From Escherichia coli (GTDB lineage Bacteria > Pseudomonadota > Gammaproteobacteria > Enterobacterales > Enterobacteriaceae), in assembly GCF_003334355.1 (NCBI RefSeq), contig NZ_QOWP01000014.1: a DNA stretch of 64,000 nucleotides. One strand, given 5' to 3'. Every line of letters begins with the position of its first letter. Position 1 is the first letter of the stretch. Below, one piece after another: positions 28,583-43,821 of this stretch. The position numbers were made by a program, and so were the translations under genes. The notes under the pieces were generated by a model, which was not told where the DNA came from, did not search any database, and worked only from the letters and a program-made list of their open reading frames with translations.

Positions 28583-30307
28583 TCAGGTTCTCTCCGTTTT
28601 GCTTAACCACATTTCATCCATTCCGCCCCCGCGAATCTGCATCGGGTAGACGTGCTCGCTGCCATCGACGGTAACATCAACAAACACCAGGCGATTATTG
28701 CGCACCTGTTCCAGCGCCTCGCTAAGTTTGCTTTCCAGCTCATGCGGATGAGAAATCTGGATCCCGACATGCCCATAGGCTTCCGCCAGACGGACGAAAT
28801 CGGGTAGCGATTGCATATAAGATTGTGAATGACGGCCGGAATAGATCATGTCTTGCCACTGCTTCACCATCCCCAGATAGCGGTTATTGAGATTCACCAC
28901 CAGTACGGGCAACTCGTATTGCAACGCGGTAGACAGTTCCTGGATGTTCATCTGAATACTGCCGTCGCCAGTGACGCAAACCACGGTTTCTTCTGGCAAC
29001 GCCATTTTGACGCCCAGTGCCGCAGGTAAACCAAAACCCATCGTGCCGAGGCCACCGGAATTGATCCAGCGACGCGGTTTGTCGAATGGATAATAAAGTG
29101 CAGCAAACATCTGGTGCTGCCCGACATCGGACGTCACGTAAGCGTCTCCCTTCGTCAACCGCCAAAGAGTCTCGATCACCGCCTGCGGTTTAATCTTTTC
29201 ACTGTGAGTGTCATATTTCAGGCACTGACGAGCGCGCCACTGTTCAATTTGCTGCCACCAGTCGCGGATCTCATCCAGCGGTTGATGGGCGGATTCTTGC
29301 GACAAGAGTTCAAGCATTTGTTCGAGGACCTGGCGAGCATCCCCCACAATCGGGATATCCGCAGTCACGGTTTTAGAAATGGAAGTAGGATCAATATCGA
29401 TATGCAGAACAGTGGCATTTGGGCAGTACTTTGCCAGATTGTTCGTCGTTCGGTCATCAAATCGTACCCCGACGGCGAAAATCACATCCGCGTTATGCAT
29501 CGTCATATTGGCTTCGTAGGTACCGTGCATTCCCAGCATGCCCAGTGCCTGACGATGCGTTGCCGGAAACGCCCCCAGCCCCATCAATGAGCAAACAACG
29601 GGCAGATTCAACGCCTCCACCGTTTCTTTCAACTGCTGATGGCAGCCCGCCGTGATTGCCCCACCGCCTACGTAGACAACCGGTTTTTTTGCCGCTACCA
29701 GCGTTTGCAGAGCACGCTTAATTTGCCCTTTATGTCCGGTAGTAGTGGGATTGTAAGAACGCATACTGACCGACTCCGGCCAGACATAGGGTAATTTGTT
29801 CGCCGGATTAAGAATATCTTTCGGTAAATCAACGACTACTGGTCCTGGGCGACCACTTGCCGCCAGCCAGAAAGCCTTTTTCAGCACCTGCGGAATGTCT
29901 TCCGTTTGCTTAACCAGAAAACTGTGTTTAACCACCGGTCGCGAAATCCCCACCATGTCGCACTCCTGAAAGGCATCGTAACCTATCAACGAGGTCGCTA
30001 CCTGCCCGGAAAGGACAACTAATGGAATGGAATCCATATAAGCGGTGGCGATGCCAGTAATCGCATTGGTCGCCCCTGGACCCGACGTTACCAGCACGAC
30101 GCCGACTTCCCCGGTCGCGCGCGCCAGGCCATCGGCCATATGCACCGCCGCCTGCTCATGACGAACTAATACATGATCAATACCACCCACGGTATGCAAT
30201 GCATCATAAATATCAAGGACTGCGCCTCCGGGATAACCGAATACTTGTTTAACGCCCTGATCGATAAGCGATCGGACGACCATCTCGGCTCCAGACAACA
30301 TCTCCAT
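28583..30307 (-). CDS. ilvI: Acetolactate synthase III large subunit
   Basis: 574 aa from internal ATG ([14 protein letters not shown]...); ThDP-binding motifs. Confidence 0.95.
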   Translation of the reverse strand: MEMLSGAEMVVRSLIDQGVKQVFGYPGGAVLDIYDALHTVGGIDHVLVRHEQAAVHMADGLARATGEVGVVLVTSGPGATNAITGIATAYMDSIPLVVLSGQVATSLIGYDAFQECDMVGISRPVVKHSFLVKQTEDIPQVLKKAFWLAASGRPGPVVVDLPKDILNPANKLPYVWPESVSMRSYNPTTTGHKGQIKRALQTLVAAKKPVVYVGGGAITAGCHQQLKETVEALNLPVVCSLMGLGAFPATHRQALGMLGMHGTYEANMTMHNADVIFAVGVRFDDRTTNNLAKYCPNATVLHIDIDPTSISKTVTADIPIVGDARQVLEQMLELLSQESAHQPLDEIRDWWQQIEQWRARQCLKYDTHSEKIKPQAVIETLWRLTKGDAYVTSDVGQHQMFAALYYPFDKPRRWINSGGLGTMGFGLPAALGVKMALPEETVVCVTGDGSIQMNIQELSTALQYELPVLVVNLNNRYLGMVKQWQDMIYSGRHSQSYMQSLPDFVRLAEAYGHVGIQISHPHELESKLSEALEQVRNNRLVFVDVTVDGSEHVYPMQIRGGGMDEMWLSKTERT

Positions 30308-30624
30308 GGCCTGCCTCACTGTTTGACGGAAAAAATGTGTAAAACACATTAACCGTCCGATCTTGCTTAAGCAATTGGCAGCCAGAGACATAAACACGGG
30401 GTAATAAGAATAAACAGGAGGAAAGGTGAAAAGAAACGATAAAATCCTCCATTACAGAGGATTAAATTGATAATAAATCGGCTGAATCCCACAACTTACA
30501 GCAATTTCTCTATTTTTTTAATTAATCCTAAAATAGAGAGCCCACACATTCAGAATAAAATTCTACATTCAATAAAAAATGCAGAATAAACCAGACATTC
30601 ATGTCTGACCTATTCTGCAATCAG
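30308..30624 (-). promoter_or_regulatory. ilvIH promoter region with multiple AT-rich Lrp-type sites
   Basis: AT-rich 317-bp spacer with repeated cagaataaa-like motifs resembling Lrp consensus; ilvIH is an established Lrp-activated operon. Confidence 0.55.
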
Positions 30625-31569
30625 TTAGCGTTTGCAAATTGAGACTAATTGCTCTTCCATCCACTGATGGCCTTTATCGCGCCCGGCAGCTTCATGCCAG
30701 GAGAGATAACAGGTTCTGCTGTTTTGTTTTAACGGCAGCGGTAATACCTGTAATTCTAAGGATTCAGCGAACTCTTCAGCCAGCCAACGCGGCGCAATAG
30801 CGACCAAATGCGTTTGCGACACCACGCTAAGTACGCTCATCATTGCCATGCCCTGATACGCGATACTGGCTTGCTTATCTACCGTGTCATACCAAGGTTG
30901 ACTAAATGACGCGAAACGATCGAGCGAAACCGCCGCATGTTGTTCGTTATAAACATCATGTTTCAGTAACGGGCCCTTAATTGTTGGATGATTTTTGCTG
31001 GCTACCAGCACCATTTCATCTTTAAATAATGGTACGCTGGTAAATTCAGGACGATGGAAGTCTTCATAACTAATCACAAACTCCGTTTCCTGATAACGCA
31101 GCTGATGTTCAGTGTTCTGATTTAATGAAGACTTGAACATAACATGTATATTTGGCGCAATCTGCTCAATGTGATTATAAATCTGCGAGGTCAGAATGCT
31201 GTCTAACGGGCTGCAAACACAAAGATGAAATACACGTTCACTGCTCGCGGGTTCAAAACCTGAACCAGGCAATTCATTTTGTACTAGTTGCAATGCCTGA
31301 CGAACTGAACCAAAAAGTTGAAATGCGCGAGCAGTCGGTTGAATACCACGGCCATAACGAACAAAAAGCTCGTCATTAAACATCACCTTCAGGCGTGCAA
31401 CAGCGTTACTGACCGCAGGTTGCGACATTCCCAGAACATGAGCGGCACGAGTAATGTTTTGCTCCTGCATCACGGCATCGAAAACGGTTAATAAGTTGAG
31501 ATCGACCATGCGTAGCTGTGGCTTGCTTAACTCCGCCGTCTCTGGATGATCTGTTTGTACCTCTGGCAT
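30625..31569 (-). CDS. leuO: LysR-type transcriptional regulator LeuO
   Basis: 314 aa from internal ATG ([30 protein letters not shown]...); LysR HTH; divergent from leuLABCD. Confidence 0.94.
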   Translation of the reverse strand: MPEVQTDHPETAELSKPQLRMVDLNLLTVFDAVMQEQNITRAAHVLGMSQPAVSNAVARLKVMFNDELFVRYGRGIQPTARAFQLFGSVRQALQLVQNELPGSGFEPASSERVFHLCVCSPLDSILTSQIYNHIEQIAPNIHVMFKSSLNQNTEHQLRYQETEFVISYEDFHRPEFTSVPLFKDEMVLVASKNHPTIKGPLLKHDVYNEQHAAVSLDRFASFSQPWYDTVDKQASIAYQGMAMMSVLSVVSQTHLVAIAPRWLAEEFAESLELQVLPLPLKQNSRTCYLSWHEAAGRDKGHQWMEEQLVSICKR

Positions 31570-31624
31570 ACTTAACTCCACTGTCACACTTAACTCCCTT
31601 TCCCTTATTGGAATGCAGAGAAAT

Positions 31625-32060
31625 AATCCTCGAGAATATGATTTATCATGCATATAAAATAAGAAAAAGGAAAATGAGTAAAATTAGGAAAACATAAAGA
31701 TACGGGTTCTGATAAAAACAGAATCCATTGCCGTGGAATGAGTCATTTACCACAGCATAATAATCCATAATGTTTTTGTTGCGAAAACAATCTAATCATA
31801 ACTACCGCGAATACTCAATCATCTACAAAATGGATTAAATGTGCTTATTTAATAATTAATTTATATATTTAATGCATTAATTCTTAACATTAATTGATCA
31901 ATAATATTCACCAAATCAATATCAAAAAAAATCGCAAAACATATAATTCAATACAAATCATCAGGATAGGTTTTGCAACGCGTGCATTTTGTCCCCTTTT
32001 TCCTCGTTGATTAGATGCAAAAATTTATGCTGAAATATGTCAACCGATGAAAAGCGTCGG
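31625..32060. promoter_or_regulatory. Strongly AT-rich leuO-leuL intergenic island (H-NS-type silencing / promoter-relay region)
   Basis: About 430 bp of very AT-rich sequence with A/T tracts (aataattaatttatatatttaatgcattaattcttaacattaattgatcaataatatt); lies between divergent leuO and leuL. Confidence 0.6.
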
Positions 32061-32228
32061 TAGTTAAGCAGAAATTAATATCGCTTACTTTAACCACCGC
32101 AGCACAATTAGCTAATTTTACGGATGCAGAACTCACGCTGGCGGGACGTTTTTATTGCGTCAGGGTTGACATCCGTTTTTGTATCCAGTAACTCTAAAAG
32201 CATATCGCATTCATCTGGAGCTGATTTA

Positions 32229-32315
32229 ATGACTCACATCGTTCGCTTTATCGGTCTACTACTACTAAACGCATCTTCTTTGCGCGGTAGACGAGTGAGC
32301 GGCATCCAGCATTAA
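32229..32315 (+). CDS. leuL: leu operon leader peptide
   Basis: 28-codon [31 protein letters not shown] with four consecutive CUA Leu codons; followed by attenuator hairpin. Confidence 0.9.
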
Positions 32316-32338
32316 GCCAGCACGCAGTCAAACAAAAA

Positions 32339-32365
32339 ACCCGCGCCATTGCGCGGGTTTTTTTA
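32339..32365 (+). terminator. leu attenuator (intrinsic terminator)
   Basis: acccgcgc-catt-gcgcgggt stem-loop followed by 7 T, 24 nt after leuL stop and 43 nt before leuA. Confidence 0.9.
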
Positions 32366-32407
32366 TGCCCGAAGCGAGGCGCTCTAAAAGAGACAAGGAC
32401 CCAAACC

Positions 32408-35070
<2,663 letters not shown>

Positions 35071-35072
35071 TC

Positions 35073-37089
<2,017 letters not shown>

Positions 37090-37096
37090 TCCCCTT

Positions 37097-37119
37097 GCCC
37101 GGTCAAATGACCGGGCTTT
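37097..37119 (+). terminator. leu operon terminator hairpin, shared with convergent setA
   Basis: gcccggtc-aaat-gaccgggc followed by ttt, 8 nt after leuD stop. Confidence 0.7.
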
Positions 37120-37137
37120 CCGCTATCGTCCACGTCA

Positions 37138-38316
37138 TCAAATGTCTTTAACCTTTGCGGTTAAAAATAATGCGACAACAGAAATAACCGCAATTATCCA
37201 GTAGACAGCAAAGTGCCCCCAACTTTGTGCAATTGCTCCCTGAATAACGCCAGCCAGAATTACCCCGGTAGAAATACTGTTAGTAAATAAGGTGGTAGCT
37301 GCCCCCGCTCTTCCAGGCATTAAATCCTGAAACCATAGCATCCCAATACCCGCAACAATGCCGATAAATACAGCGTTAAAAAGTTGCAGCGTCATCAACG
37401 CCAGACGGCTATGAAATAAAATCAATCCGGTGTAAAACAGTACTCCTGCCGCCACTGCTATGACCATCATTCGCCGCTTACCATAACGTTTGACATAGTA
37501 GCCAGCCAGAATCATTGCTGGTATTTCCAGTCCAGCTGCCGTCCCCATCAGGAAACCCGCCAGTTTGTCTGGCAATCCTAACTCGCTACTGATCCACAAC
37601 GGCATATCAATAATGTACATGGTGTTGCAGGTCCACATTAACGTCGAGGCGACAAATAACATCCGTACGTTACTATCCTGCCAGCCACCTTGCATTGATA
37701 AAGCATTTTCCGACGGCAGTTCTACCCGCGCCACAGACGGAAGCATAAATGCAATCAATACCAGACTGAGTGTGAATATCCCGGCGGCAATCGAAAACAT
37801 CACCGTAAAGCCGTAATTCAACGCCAGCATAAAGGCCAACGGTGGACCGATAACCCATGCCAGAGAAAGCTGCGCACGCATCACCGAGCTAAACATCACC
37901 ACTTCTCGCGCCGAGTTATCCGCATATTCCCGCGCCAGAGCAAATAACTGTGGCATTGCCGTATTGGCCAGAGATGCCAGAAGCACACCACAGGTGATAA
38001 GCGTCAGATAATGACGATTAAATGCAAACAATAGCGCATTGCCGATAGCCATCAAACAGCAAAATATAATCAGTTTTCGCCGATCGCCCTGACTGTCAGA
38101 ACGTTTTGCCAACCAGAGGCTTACGCCGATCCCAGCAATAGCATTCACCGTATAAAAGAGTCCGATCCAGAAAGGTTGCGCGCCAACCTCACGACTCAGA
38201 AATAAGCTCAATGTAGGAGCCTGTAGCGCCCCGGCCACCCCCATCATAAAAGCGACCAGCATAAATGCCGCGTAAACACCGTTCATACGGCGAGCCATCG
38301 TCATTATCCAGATCAT
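37138..38316 (-). CDS. setA: Sugar efflux transporter SetA (MFS)
   Basis: 392-aa ORF; 12-TM MFS-like hydrophobic profile; position between leuD and sgrS. Confidence 0.93.
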   Translation of the reverse strand: MIWIMTMARRMNGVYAAFMLVAFMMGVAGALQAPTLSLFLSREVGAQPFWIGLFYTVNAIAGIGVSLWLAKRSDSQGDRRKLIIFCCLMAIGNALLFAFNRHYLTLITCGVLLASLANTAMPQLFALAREYADNSAREVVMFSSVMRAQLSLAWVIGPPLAFMLALNYGFTVMFSIAAGIFTLSLVLIAFMLPSVARVELPSENALSMQGGWQDSNVRMLFVASTLMWTCNTMYIIDMPLWISSELGLPDKLAGFLMGTAAGLEIPAMILAGYYVKRYGKRRMMVIAVAAGVLFYTGLILFHSRLALMTLQLFNAVFIGIVAGIGMLWFQDLMPGRAGAATTLFTNSISTGVILAGVIQGAIAQSWGHFAVYWIIAVISVVALFLTAKVKDI

Positions 38317-38343
38317 ACGTTCCCTTTTTAGCGCGGCGAGAAT

Positions 38344-38570
38344 AAAAAAAACCAGCAGGTATAATCTGCTGGCGGGTGATTTTACACCAATACTCAGTCA
38401 CACATGATGCAGGCAAGTCAACTTTCAGAATTGCGGTCATCCCACTGCATCAGTCCTTCAAGCATGGTTAATCGTTGTGGGACGCTTAACCAACGCAACC
38501 AGCACAACTTCGCTGTCGCGGTAAAATAGTGCTGATAAAACTGACGCATGGGGCACCTCCTTGCTTCATC
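38344..38570 (-). ncRNA. sgrS: Dual-function small RNA SgrS (glucose-phosphate stress)
   Basis: Reverse strand shows the SgrS 3' region ...gcatcatgtgtgactgagtattggtgtaaaatcacccgccagcagattatacctgctggtttttttt (ptsG-pairing segment plus terminator); contains sgrT ORF; divergent from sgrR; 5' end approximate. Confidence 0.88.
38418..38549 (-). CDS. sgrT: Small protein SgrT (glucose transport inhibitor) encoded within SgrS
   Basis: 43-codon ORF MRQFYQHYFTATAKLCWLRWLSVPQRLTMLEGLMQWDDRNSES inside the sgrS transcript. Confidence 0.85.
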   Translation of the reverse strand: MRQFYQHYFTATAKLCWLRWLSVPQRLTMLEGLMQWDDRNSES

Positions 38571-38637
38571 GTTAGGAATTATTGACTTAATATAGGGAAA
38601 ATAAAATTGCTGTCTTTTGCGCAGGAGTTCCCCTTTT

Positions 38638-40293
38638 ATGCCATCTGCTCGTCTGCAACAACAGTTCATCCGCCTGTGGCAATGCTGCGAGGGTAAATCG
38701 CAGGACACAACGCTCAACGAACTGGCAGCGTTATTGAGCTGCTCGCGTCGTCATATGCGTACCCTGCTCAACACCATGCAGGATCGCGGCTGGCTGACGT
38801 GGGAAGCGGAAGTCGGGCGCGGTAAACGCTCGCGTCTGACATTCCTCTATACCGGGCTGGCGCTTCAGCAACAGCGGGCGGAAGACCTGCTGGAGCAGGA
38901 TCGTATCGACCAACTAGTACAGTTGGTTGGCGACAAAGCGACTGTGCGGCAAATGCTGGTTTCTCATCTGGGCCGCAGCTTCCGCCAGGGGCGGCACATC
39001 CTGCGCGTGCTCTACTATCGTCCGTTGCGTAATCTGCTACCTGGCAGCGCATTGCGCCGTTCCGAAACCCATATTGCCCGGCAAATCTTCAGTTCGCTAA
39101 CGCGCATAAATGAGGAAAATGGGGAACTGGAAGCAGACATCGCCCACCACTGGCAGCAAATATCACCGCTTCACTGGCGTTTCTTTTTGCGTCCAGGAGT
39201 CCATTTTCATCATGGTCGTGAACTGGAAATGGACGACGTGATCGCCTCTTTAAAACGAATCAATACGCTGCCGCTCTATTCGCATATTGCTGACATTGTG
39301 TCGCCGACGCCCTGGACGCTGGATATCCATCTCACGCAACCGGACCGCTGGTTACCGTTATTGCTGGGGCAAGTTCCGGCGATGATCCTGCCGCGCGAAT
39401 GGGAAACCCTCAGTAACTTTGCCAGCCATCCCATCGGCACCGGTCCGTATGCGGTGATCCGCAACAGCACCAATCAACTGAAAATTCAGGCATTCGATGA
39501 CTTCTTCGGTTACCGGGCATTAATCGACGAAGTTAACGTCTGGGTTCTGCCGGAAATTGCCGACGAGCCAGCCGGAGGTCTGATGCTAAAAGGTCCACAG
39601 GGCGAGGAAAAAGAGATTGAAAGCCGCCTGGAGGAAGGTTGCTACTATTTACTATTCGACAGCCGCACCCATCGCGGGGCGAATCAGCAAGTCAGGGACT
39701 GGGTAAGCTATGTGCTTTCTCCAACTAATCTGGTCTATTTCGCTGAGGAACAGTACCAGCAACTGTGGTTCCCGGCTTATGGACTGCTCCCCCGTTGGCA
39801 CCATGCCCGCACCATAAAGAGCGAAAAACCGGCTGGTCTGGAAAGCCTCACCCTAACCTTTTATCAGGATCACAGTGAGCATCGGGTGATTGCCGGGATC
39901 ATGCAGCAGATTCTGGCAAGTCACCAGGTCACGCTGGAAATCAAAGAGATCGACTACGATCAGTGGCATACAGGAGAGATCGAAAGTGATATCTGGCTAA
40001 ACAGCGCCAACTTTACCCTGCCGCTGGACTTCTCTGTTTTCGCACATTTATGCGAAGTGCCACTGCTACAACATTGCATTCCCATTGACTGGCAAGCCGA
40101 CGCTGCTCGCTGGCGCAATGGCGAGATGAATCTGGCGAACTGGTGCCAGCAACTGGTCGCCAGCAAAGCGATGGTGCCATTATTGCACCACTGGCTGATC
40201 ATTCAGGGGCAACGCAGTATGCGCGGCCTGCGCATGAACACCCTCGGCTGGTTCGATTTTAAATCAGCGTGGTTTGCGCCACCGGATCCATGA
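38638..40293 (+). CDS. sgrR: Transcriptional regulator SgrR (HTH + solute-binding-protein-like domain)
   Basis: 551 aa from internal ATG ([15 protein letters not shown]...); track ORF has 7 extra N-terminal codons. Confidence 0.94.
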   Translation: MPSARLQQQFIRLWQCCEGKSQDTTLNELAALLSCSRRHMRTLLNTMQDRGWLTWEAEVGRGKRSRLTFLYTGLALQQQRAEDLLEQDRIDQLVQLVGDKATVRQMLVSHLGRSFRQGRHILRVLYYRPLRNLLPGSALRRSETHIARQIFSSLTRINEENGELEADIAHHWQQISPLHWRFFLRPGVHFHHGRELEMDDVIASLKRINTLPLYSHIADIVSPTPWTLDIHLTQPDRWLPLLLGQVPAMILPREWETLSNFASHPIGTGPYAVIRNSTNQLKIQAFDDFFGYRALIDEVNVWVLPEIADEPAGGLMLKGPQGEEKEIESRLEEGCYYLLFDSRTHRGANQQVRDWVSYVLSPTNLVYFAEEQYQQLWFPAYGLLPRWHHARTIKSEKPAGLESLTLTFYQDHSEHRVIAGIMQQILASHQVTLEIKEIDYDQWHTGEIESDIWLNSANFTLPLDFSVFAHLCEVPLLQHCIPIDWQADAARWRNGEMNLANWCQQLVASKAMVPLLHHWLIIQGQRSMRGLRMNTLGWFDFKSAWFAPPDP

Positions 40294-40321
40294 TTGCTGG
40301 TTGATAACAAAATCACTACAC

Positions 40322-40420
40322 TAACGCCGTTCTCAACGGGGTGCCACGCAAACGCGTGCGCTGAGAAAATACCCGTCGAACCTGATCCGGATAACGCCGG
40401 CGAAGGGATTTGAGGCTCCT
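40322..40420 (+). promoter_or_regulatory. sroA: TPP riboswitch (THI element; sroA) in thiBPQ leader
   Basis: Conserved THI-box core ggggtgcc...gctgagaaaatacccgtcgaacctgatccggataacgccggcgaagggatttg about 40 nt upstream of thiB start. Confidence 0.88.
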
Positions 40421-40456
40421 TCTCAAGTCCTTTGCCACTCTTTTTTGAGGTGCAAA

Positions 40457-41440
40457 GTGTTAAAAAAATGTCTGCCCCTGCTGTTGCTGTGCACAGCGCC
40501 CGTTTTCGCTAAACCCGTTCTGACTGTTTATACCTACGATTCCTTCGCCGCCGACTGGGGGCCTGGTCCGGTGGTTAAAAAAGCCTTTGAAGCCGACTGT
40601 AATTGCGAACTGAAACTGGTGGCGCTGGAAGATGGCGTTTCGCTTCTCAACCGTCTACGGATGGAAGGCAAAAACAGCAAAGCCGATGTAGTTCTGGGGC
40701 TGGATAACAACCTGTTAGACGCCGCCAGTAAAACCGGACTGTTTGCCAAAAGCGGCGTGGCAGCGGATGCCATTAACGTTCCCGGCGGCTGGAATAATGA
40801 CACTTTCGTACCGTTTGATTACGGCTACTTCGCCTTCGTCTACGACAAGAACAAACTGAAAAACCCGCCCCAAAGCCTGAAAGAGCTGGTTGAGAGCGAT
40901 CAAAACTGGCGAGTGATTTATCAGGATCCGCGCACCAGTACGCCGGGGCTGGGTCTGCTGTTGTGGATGCAAAAAGTCTATGGCGATGACACCCCGCAGG
41001 CCTGGCAGAAACTGGCGAAGAAAACTGTCACCGTCACCAAAGGCTGGAGCGAAGCCTACGGCCTGTTTTTAAAAGGTGAAAGCGATCTGGTACTGAGTTA
41101 CACCACCTCTCCGGCTTATCACATTCTCGAAGAGAAAAAAGATAACTACGCCGCCGCGAACTTTAGCGAAGGTCACTATCTGCAGGTGGAAGTCGCCGCC
41201 CGCACCGCTGCCAGCAAGCAGCCGGAGCTGGCGCAAAAATTTCTCCAGTTTATGGTTTCTCCGGCTTTCCAGAATGCGATCCCAACCGGCAACTGGATGT
41301 ATCCGGTGGCAAATGTCACGCTGCCTGCCGGGTTTGAACAATTGACCAAACCAGCAACCACGCTGGAGTTCACGCCAGCCGAAGTGGCGGCACAACGTCA
41401 GGCATGGATTAGCGAATGGCAACGCGCCGTCAGCCGTTAA
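40457..41440 (+). CDS. thiB: Thiamine ABC transporter periplasmic binding protein
   Basis: 327 aa from GTG (MLKKCLPLLLLCTAPVFA signal peptide); track ORF starts 4 codons earlier at TTG; exact start uncertain. Confidence 0.92.
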   Translation: MLKKCLPLLLLCTAPVFAKPVLTVYTYDSFAADWGPGPVVKKAFEADCNCELKLVALEDGVSLLNRLRMEGKNSKADVVLGLDNNLLDAASKTGLFAKSGVAADAINVPGGWNNDTFVPFDYGYFAFVYDKNKLKNPPQSLKELVESDQNWRVIYQDPRTSTPGLGLLLWMQKVYGDDTPQAWQKLAKKTVTVTKGWSEAYGLFLKGESDLVLSYTTSPAYHILEEKKDNYAAANFSEGHYLQVEVAARTAASKQPELAQKFLQFMVSPAFQNAIPTGNWMYPVANVTLPAGFEQLTKPATTLEFTPAEVAAQRQAWISEWQRAVSR

Positions 41441-43026
41441 TTCCCGGCTGGTTAATTCCAGGTGTAAGCGCCGCCACGCTGGTGGTAGCGGTTGCGCTCG
41501 CGGCGTTTCTCGCCCTGTGGTGGAACGCGCCGCAGGGTAACTGGGTGGCAATCTGGCAGGACAGCTACCTGTGGCATGTGGTGCGCTTCTCCTTCTGGCA
41601 GGCGTTTCTCTCGGCGCTGCTCTCTGTCGTACCCGCGATATTCCTCGCCCGCGCACTCTATCGCAGGCGCTTTCCGGGTCGGCTGGCGCTGTTGCGTCTG
41701 TGCGCAATGACCTTGATCCTCCCGGTGCTGGTTGCTGTTTTCGGCATTCTTAGCGTCTATGGTCGTCAGGGCTGGCTGGCATCGCTCTGCCAATCGCTCG
41801 GTCTGGAGTGGACCTTTTCGCCCTACGGCCTGCAAGGTATTTTGCTGGCGCACGTATTTTTTAATCTACCGATGGCGAGCCGCTTATTACTCCAGGCACT
41901 GGAAAACATTCCCGGCGAGCAACGTCAGCTTGCCGCCCAGCTTGGGATGCGCGGCTGGCATTTTTTCCGCTTCATCGAATGGCCGTGGCTACGGCGACAA
42001 ATCCCGCCGGTTGCCGCGCTTATCTTTATGCTCTGTTTCGCCAGCTTCGCCACCGTGCTGTCGCTGGGCGGCGGTCCGCAGGCAACCACTATCGAGCTGG
42101 CAATCTATCAGGCGCTGAGTTACGACTACGATCCTGCCCGCGCGGCGATGCTGGCGCTGATCCAGATGGTGTGTTGCCTCGGGTTGGTGCTGCTGAGTCA
42201 GCGATTGAGTAAGGCCATTGCGCCAGGCACCACGCTGCTGCAAGGCTGGCGCGACCCGGACGATCGTCTGCATAGCCGCATTTGCGACACGGTGTTAATT
42301 GTGCTGGCGCTGCTGCTGTTGCTGCCACCGTTGCTGGCGGTGATCGTCGATGGGCTAAATCGCCAGTTGCCGGAAGTGCTGGCACAACCGGTGCTGTGGC
42401 AGGCGCTGTGGACCTCGTTGCGTATTGCGCTGGCGGCAGGTGTATTGTGCGTAGTGCTGACCATGATGCTGCTATGGAGCAGTCGCGAACTTCGGGCGCG
42501 GCAGAAAATGCTGGCGGGTCAGGCGCTGGAGATGAGCGGCATGTTGATTCTCGCCATGCCGGGGATTGTGCTGGCTACCGGCTTCTTTTTACTGCTCAAC
42601 AACACCATTGGCCTGCCGCAATCTGCTGACGGCATTGTGATTTTCACCAATGCGTTAATGGCGATCCCTTATGCGCTGAAAGTACTGGAAAACCCGATGC
42701 GCGATATCACCGCCCGCTACAGTATGTTGTGTCAGTCGCTGGGCATTGAAGGCTGGTCGCGCTTAAAAGTGGTCGAGCTGCGCGCCCTGAAACGTCCACT
42801 GGCGCAGGCGCTGGCTTTTGCCTGCGTGCTGTCGATTGGTGATTTTGGCGTAGTGGCGTTGTTCGGTAACGATGATTTCCGTACCCTGCCGTTTTATCTC
42901 TACCAGCAAATTGGCTCCTATCGCAGCCAGGACGGTGCGGTCACCGCGTTAATTCTGCTACTACTCTGTTTTCTGCTGTTTACCGTGATTGAAAAACTAC
43001 CGGGGCGAAATGTTAAAACTGACTGA
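41416..43026 (+). CDS. thiP: Thiamine ABC transporter permease
   Basis: 536-aa ORF; duplicated ABC permease domains; 25-nt overlap with thiB. Confidence 0.95.
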   Translation: MATRRQPLIPGWLIPGVSAATLVVAVALAAFLALWWNAPQGNWVAIWQDSYLWHVVRFSFWQAFLSALLSVVPAIFLARALYRRRFPGRLALLRLCAMTLILPVLVAVFGILSVYGRQGWLASLCQSLGLEWTFSPYGLQGILLAHVFFNLPMASRLLLQALENIPGEQRQLAAQLGMRGWHFFRFIEWPWLRRQIPPVAALIFMLCFASFATVLSLGGGPQATTIELAIYQALSYDYDPARAAMLALIQMVCCLGLVLLSQRLSKAIAPGTTLLQGWRDPDDRLHSRICDTVLIVLALLLLLPPLLAVIVDGLNRQLPEVLAQPVLWQALWTSLRIALAAGVLCVVLTMMLLWSSRELRARQKMLAGQALEMSGMLILAMPGIVLATGFFLLLNNTIGLPQSADGIVIFTNALMAIPYALKVLENPMRDITARYSMLCQSLGIEGWSRLKVVELRALKRPLAQALAFACVLSIGDFGVVALFGNDDFRTLPFYLYQQIGSYRSQDGAVTALILLLLCFLLFTVIEKLPGRNVKTD

Positions 43027-43708
43027 TATCACCTGGCTTTATCACCATTTGCCGATGCGTTTTAGCTTAACGGTAGAACGCGGCGAGCAGGTGGCAATCC
43101 TCGGGCCAAGCGGCGCGGGTAAAAGTACCCTGCTGAATTTGATCGCCGGTTTTCTGACGCCAGCCAGCGGTTCGCTGACTATCGACGGCGTTGATCACAC
43201 CACGACGCCGCCGTCACGCCGTCCGGTGTCGATGCTGTTTCAGGAAAACAACCTGTTCAGTCACCTGACGGTCGCGCAGAACATCGGGCTGGGGCTAAAT
43301 CCGGGATTGAAACTGAACGCGGCACAGCAGGAGAAAATGCACGCTATCGCCCGCCAGATGGGGATTGATAATTTAATGGCGCGGTTACCTGGCGAGCTTT
43401 CCGGCGGTCAGCGACAGCGAGTGGCGTTAGCACGTTGTCTGGTACGCGAACAGCCGATTTTATTGCTCGATGAACCGTTCTCTGCGCTCGATCCGGCACT
43501 ACGCCAGGAGATGTTGACGCTGGTGAGCACGAGCTGCCAGCAGCAAAAAATGACGTTATTGATGGTGTCACACAGTGTGGAAGATGCCGCGCGGATCGCC
43601 ACGCGCTCGGTGGTGGTCGCCGACGGGCGCATCGCCTGGCAGGGTAAGACCAATGAGTTGTTGAGCGGTAAGGCGAGTGCTTCAGCACTATTGGGGATTA
43701 CGGGTTAG
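43010..43708 (+). CDS. thiQ: Thiamine ABC transporter ATP-binding protein
   Basis: 232 aa from internal ATG ([13 protein letters not shown]...); Walker [13 protein letters not shown] signature LSGGQRQR, Walker B LLLDEP. Confidence 0.95.
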   Translation: MLKLTDITWLYHHLPMRFSLTVERGEQVAILGPSGAGKSTLLNLIAGFLTPASGSLTIDGVDHTTTPPSRRPVSMLFQENNLFSHLTVAQNIGLGLNPGLKLNAAQQEKMHAIARQMGIDNLMARLPGELSGGQRQRVALARCLVREQPILLLDEPFSALDPALRQEMLTLVSTSCQQQKMTLLMVSHSVEDAARIATRSVVVADGRIAWQGKTNELLSGKASASALLGITG

Positions 43709-43714
43709 TATGCA

Positions 43715-43802
<88 letters not shown>

Positions 43803-43821
43803 ACCCGCACAAGACAATCCC

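Noticed and set aside
24902-31653. N-terminally extended versions of rsmH (356 aa), mraZ (164 aa), ilvH (173 aa), ilvI (604 aa) and leuO (342 aa) given by the ORF track; the same applies outside this span to secM, sgrR, thiQ, araC, araA, rluA, djlA and apaG
   Set aside because: In each case an internal ATG or GTG gives the canonical protein length and a sensible N-terminus; the extensions run into upstream genes or regulatory sites (for example the MraZ repeats).
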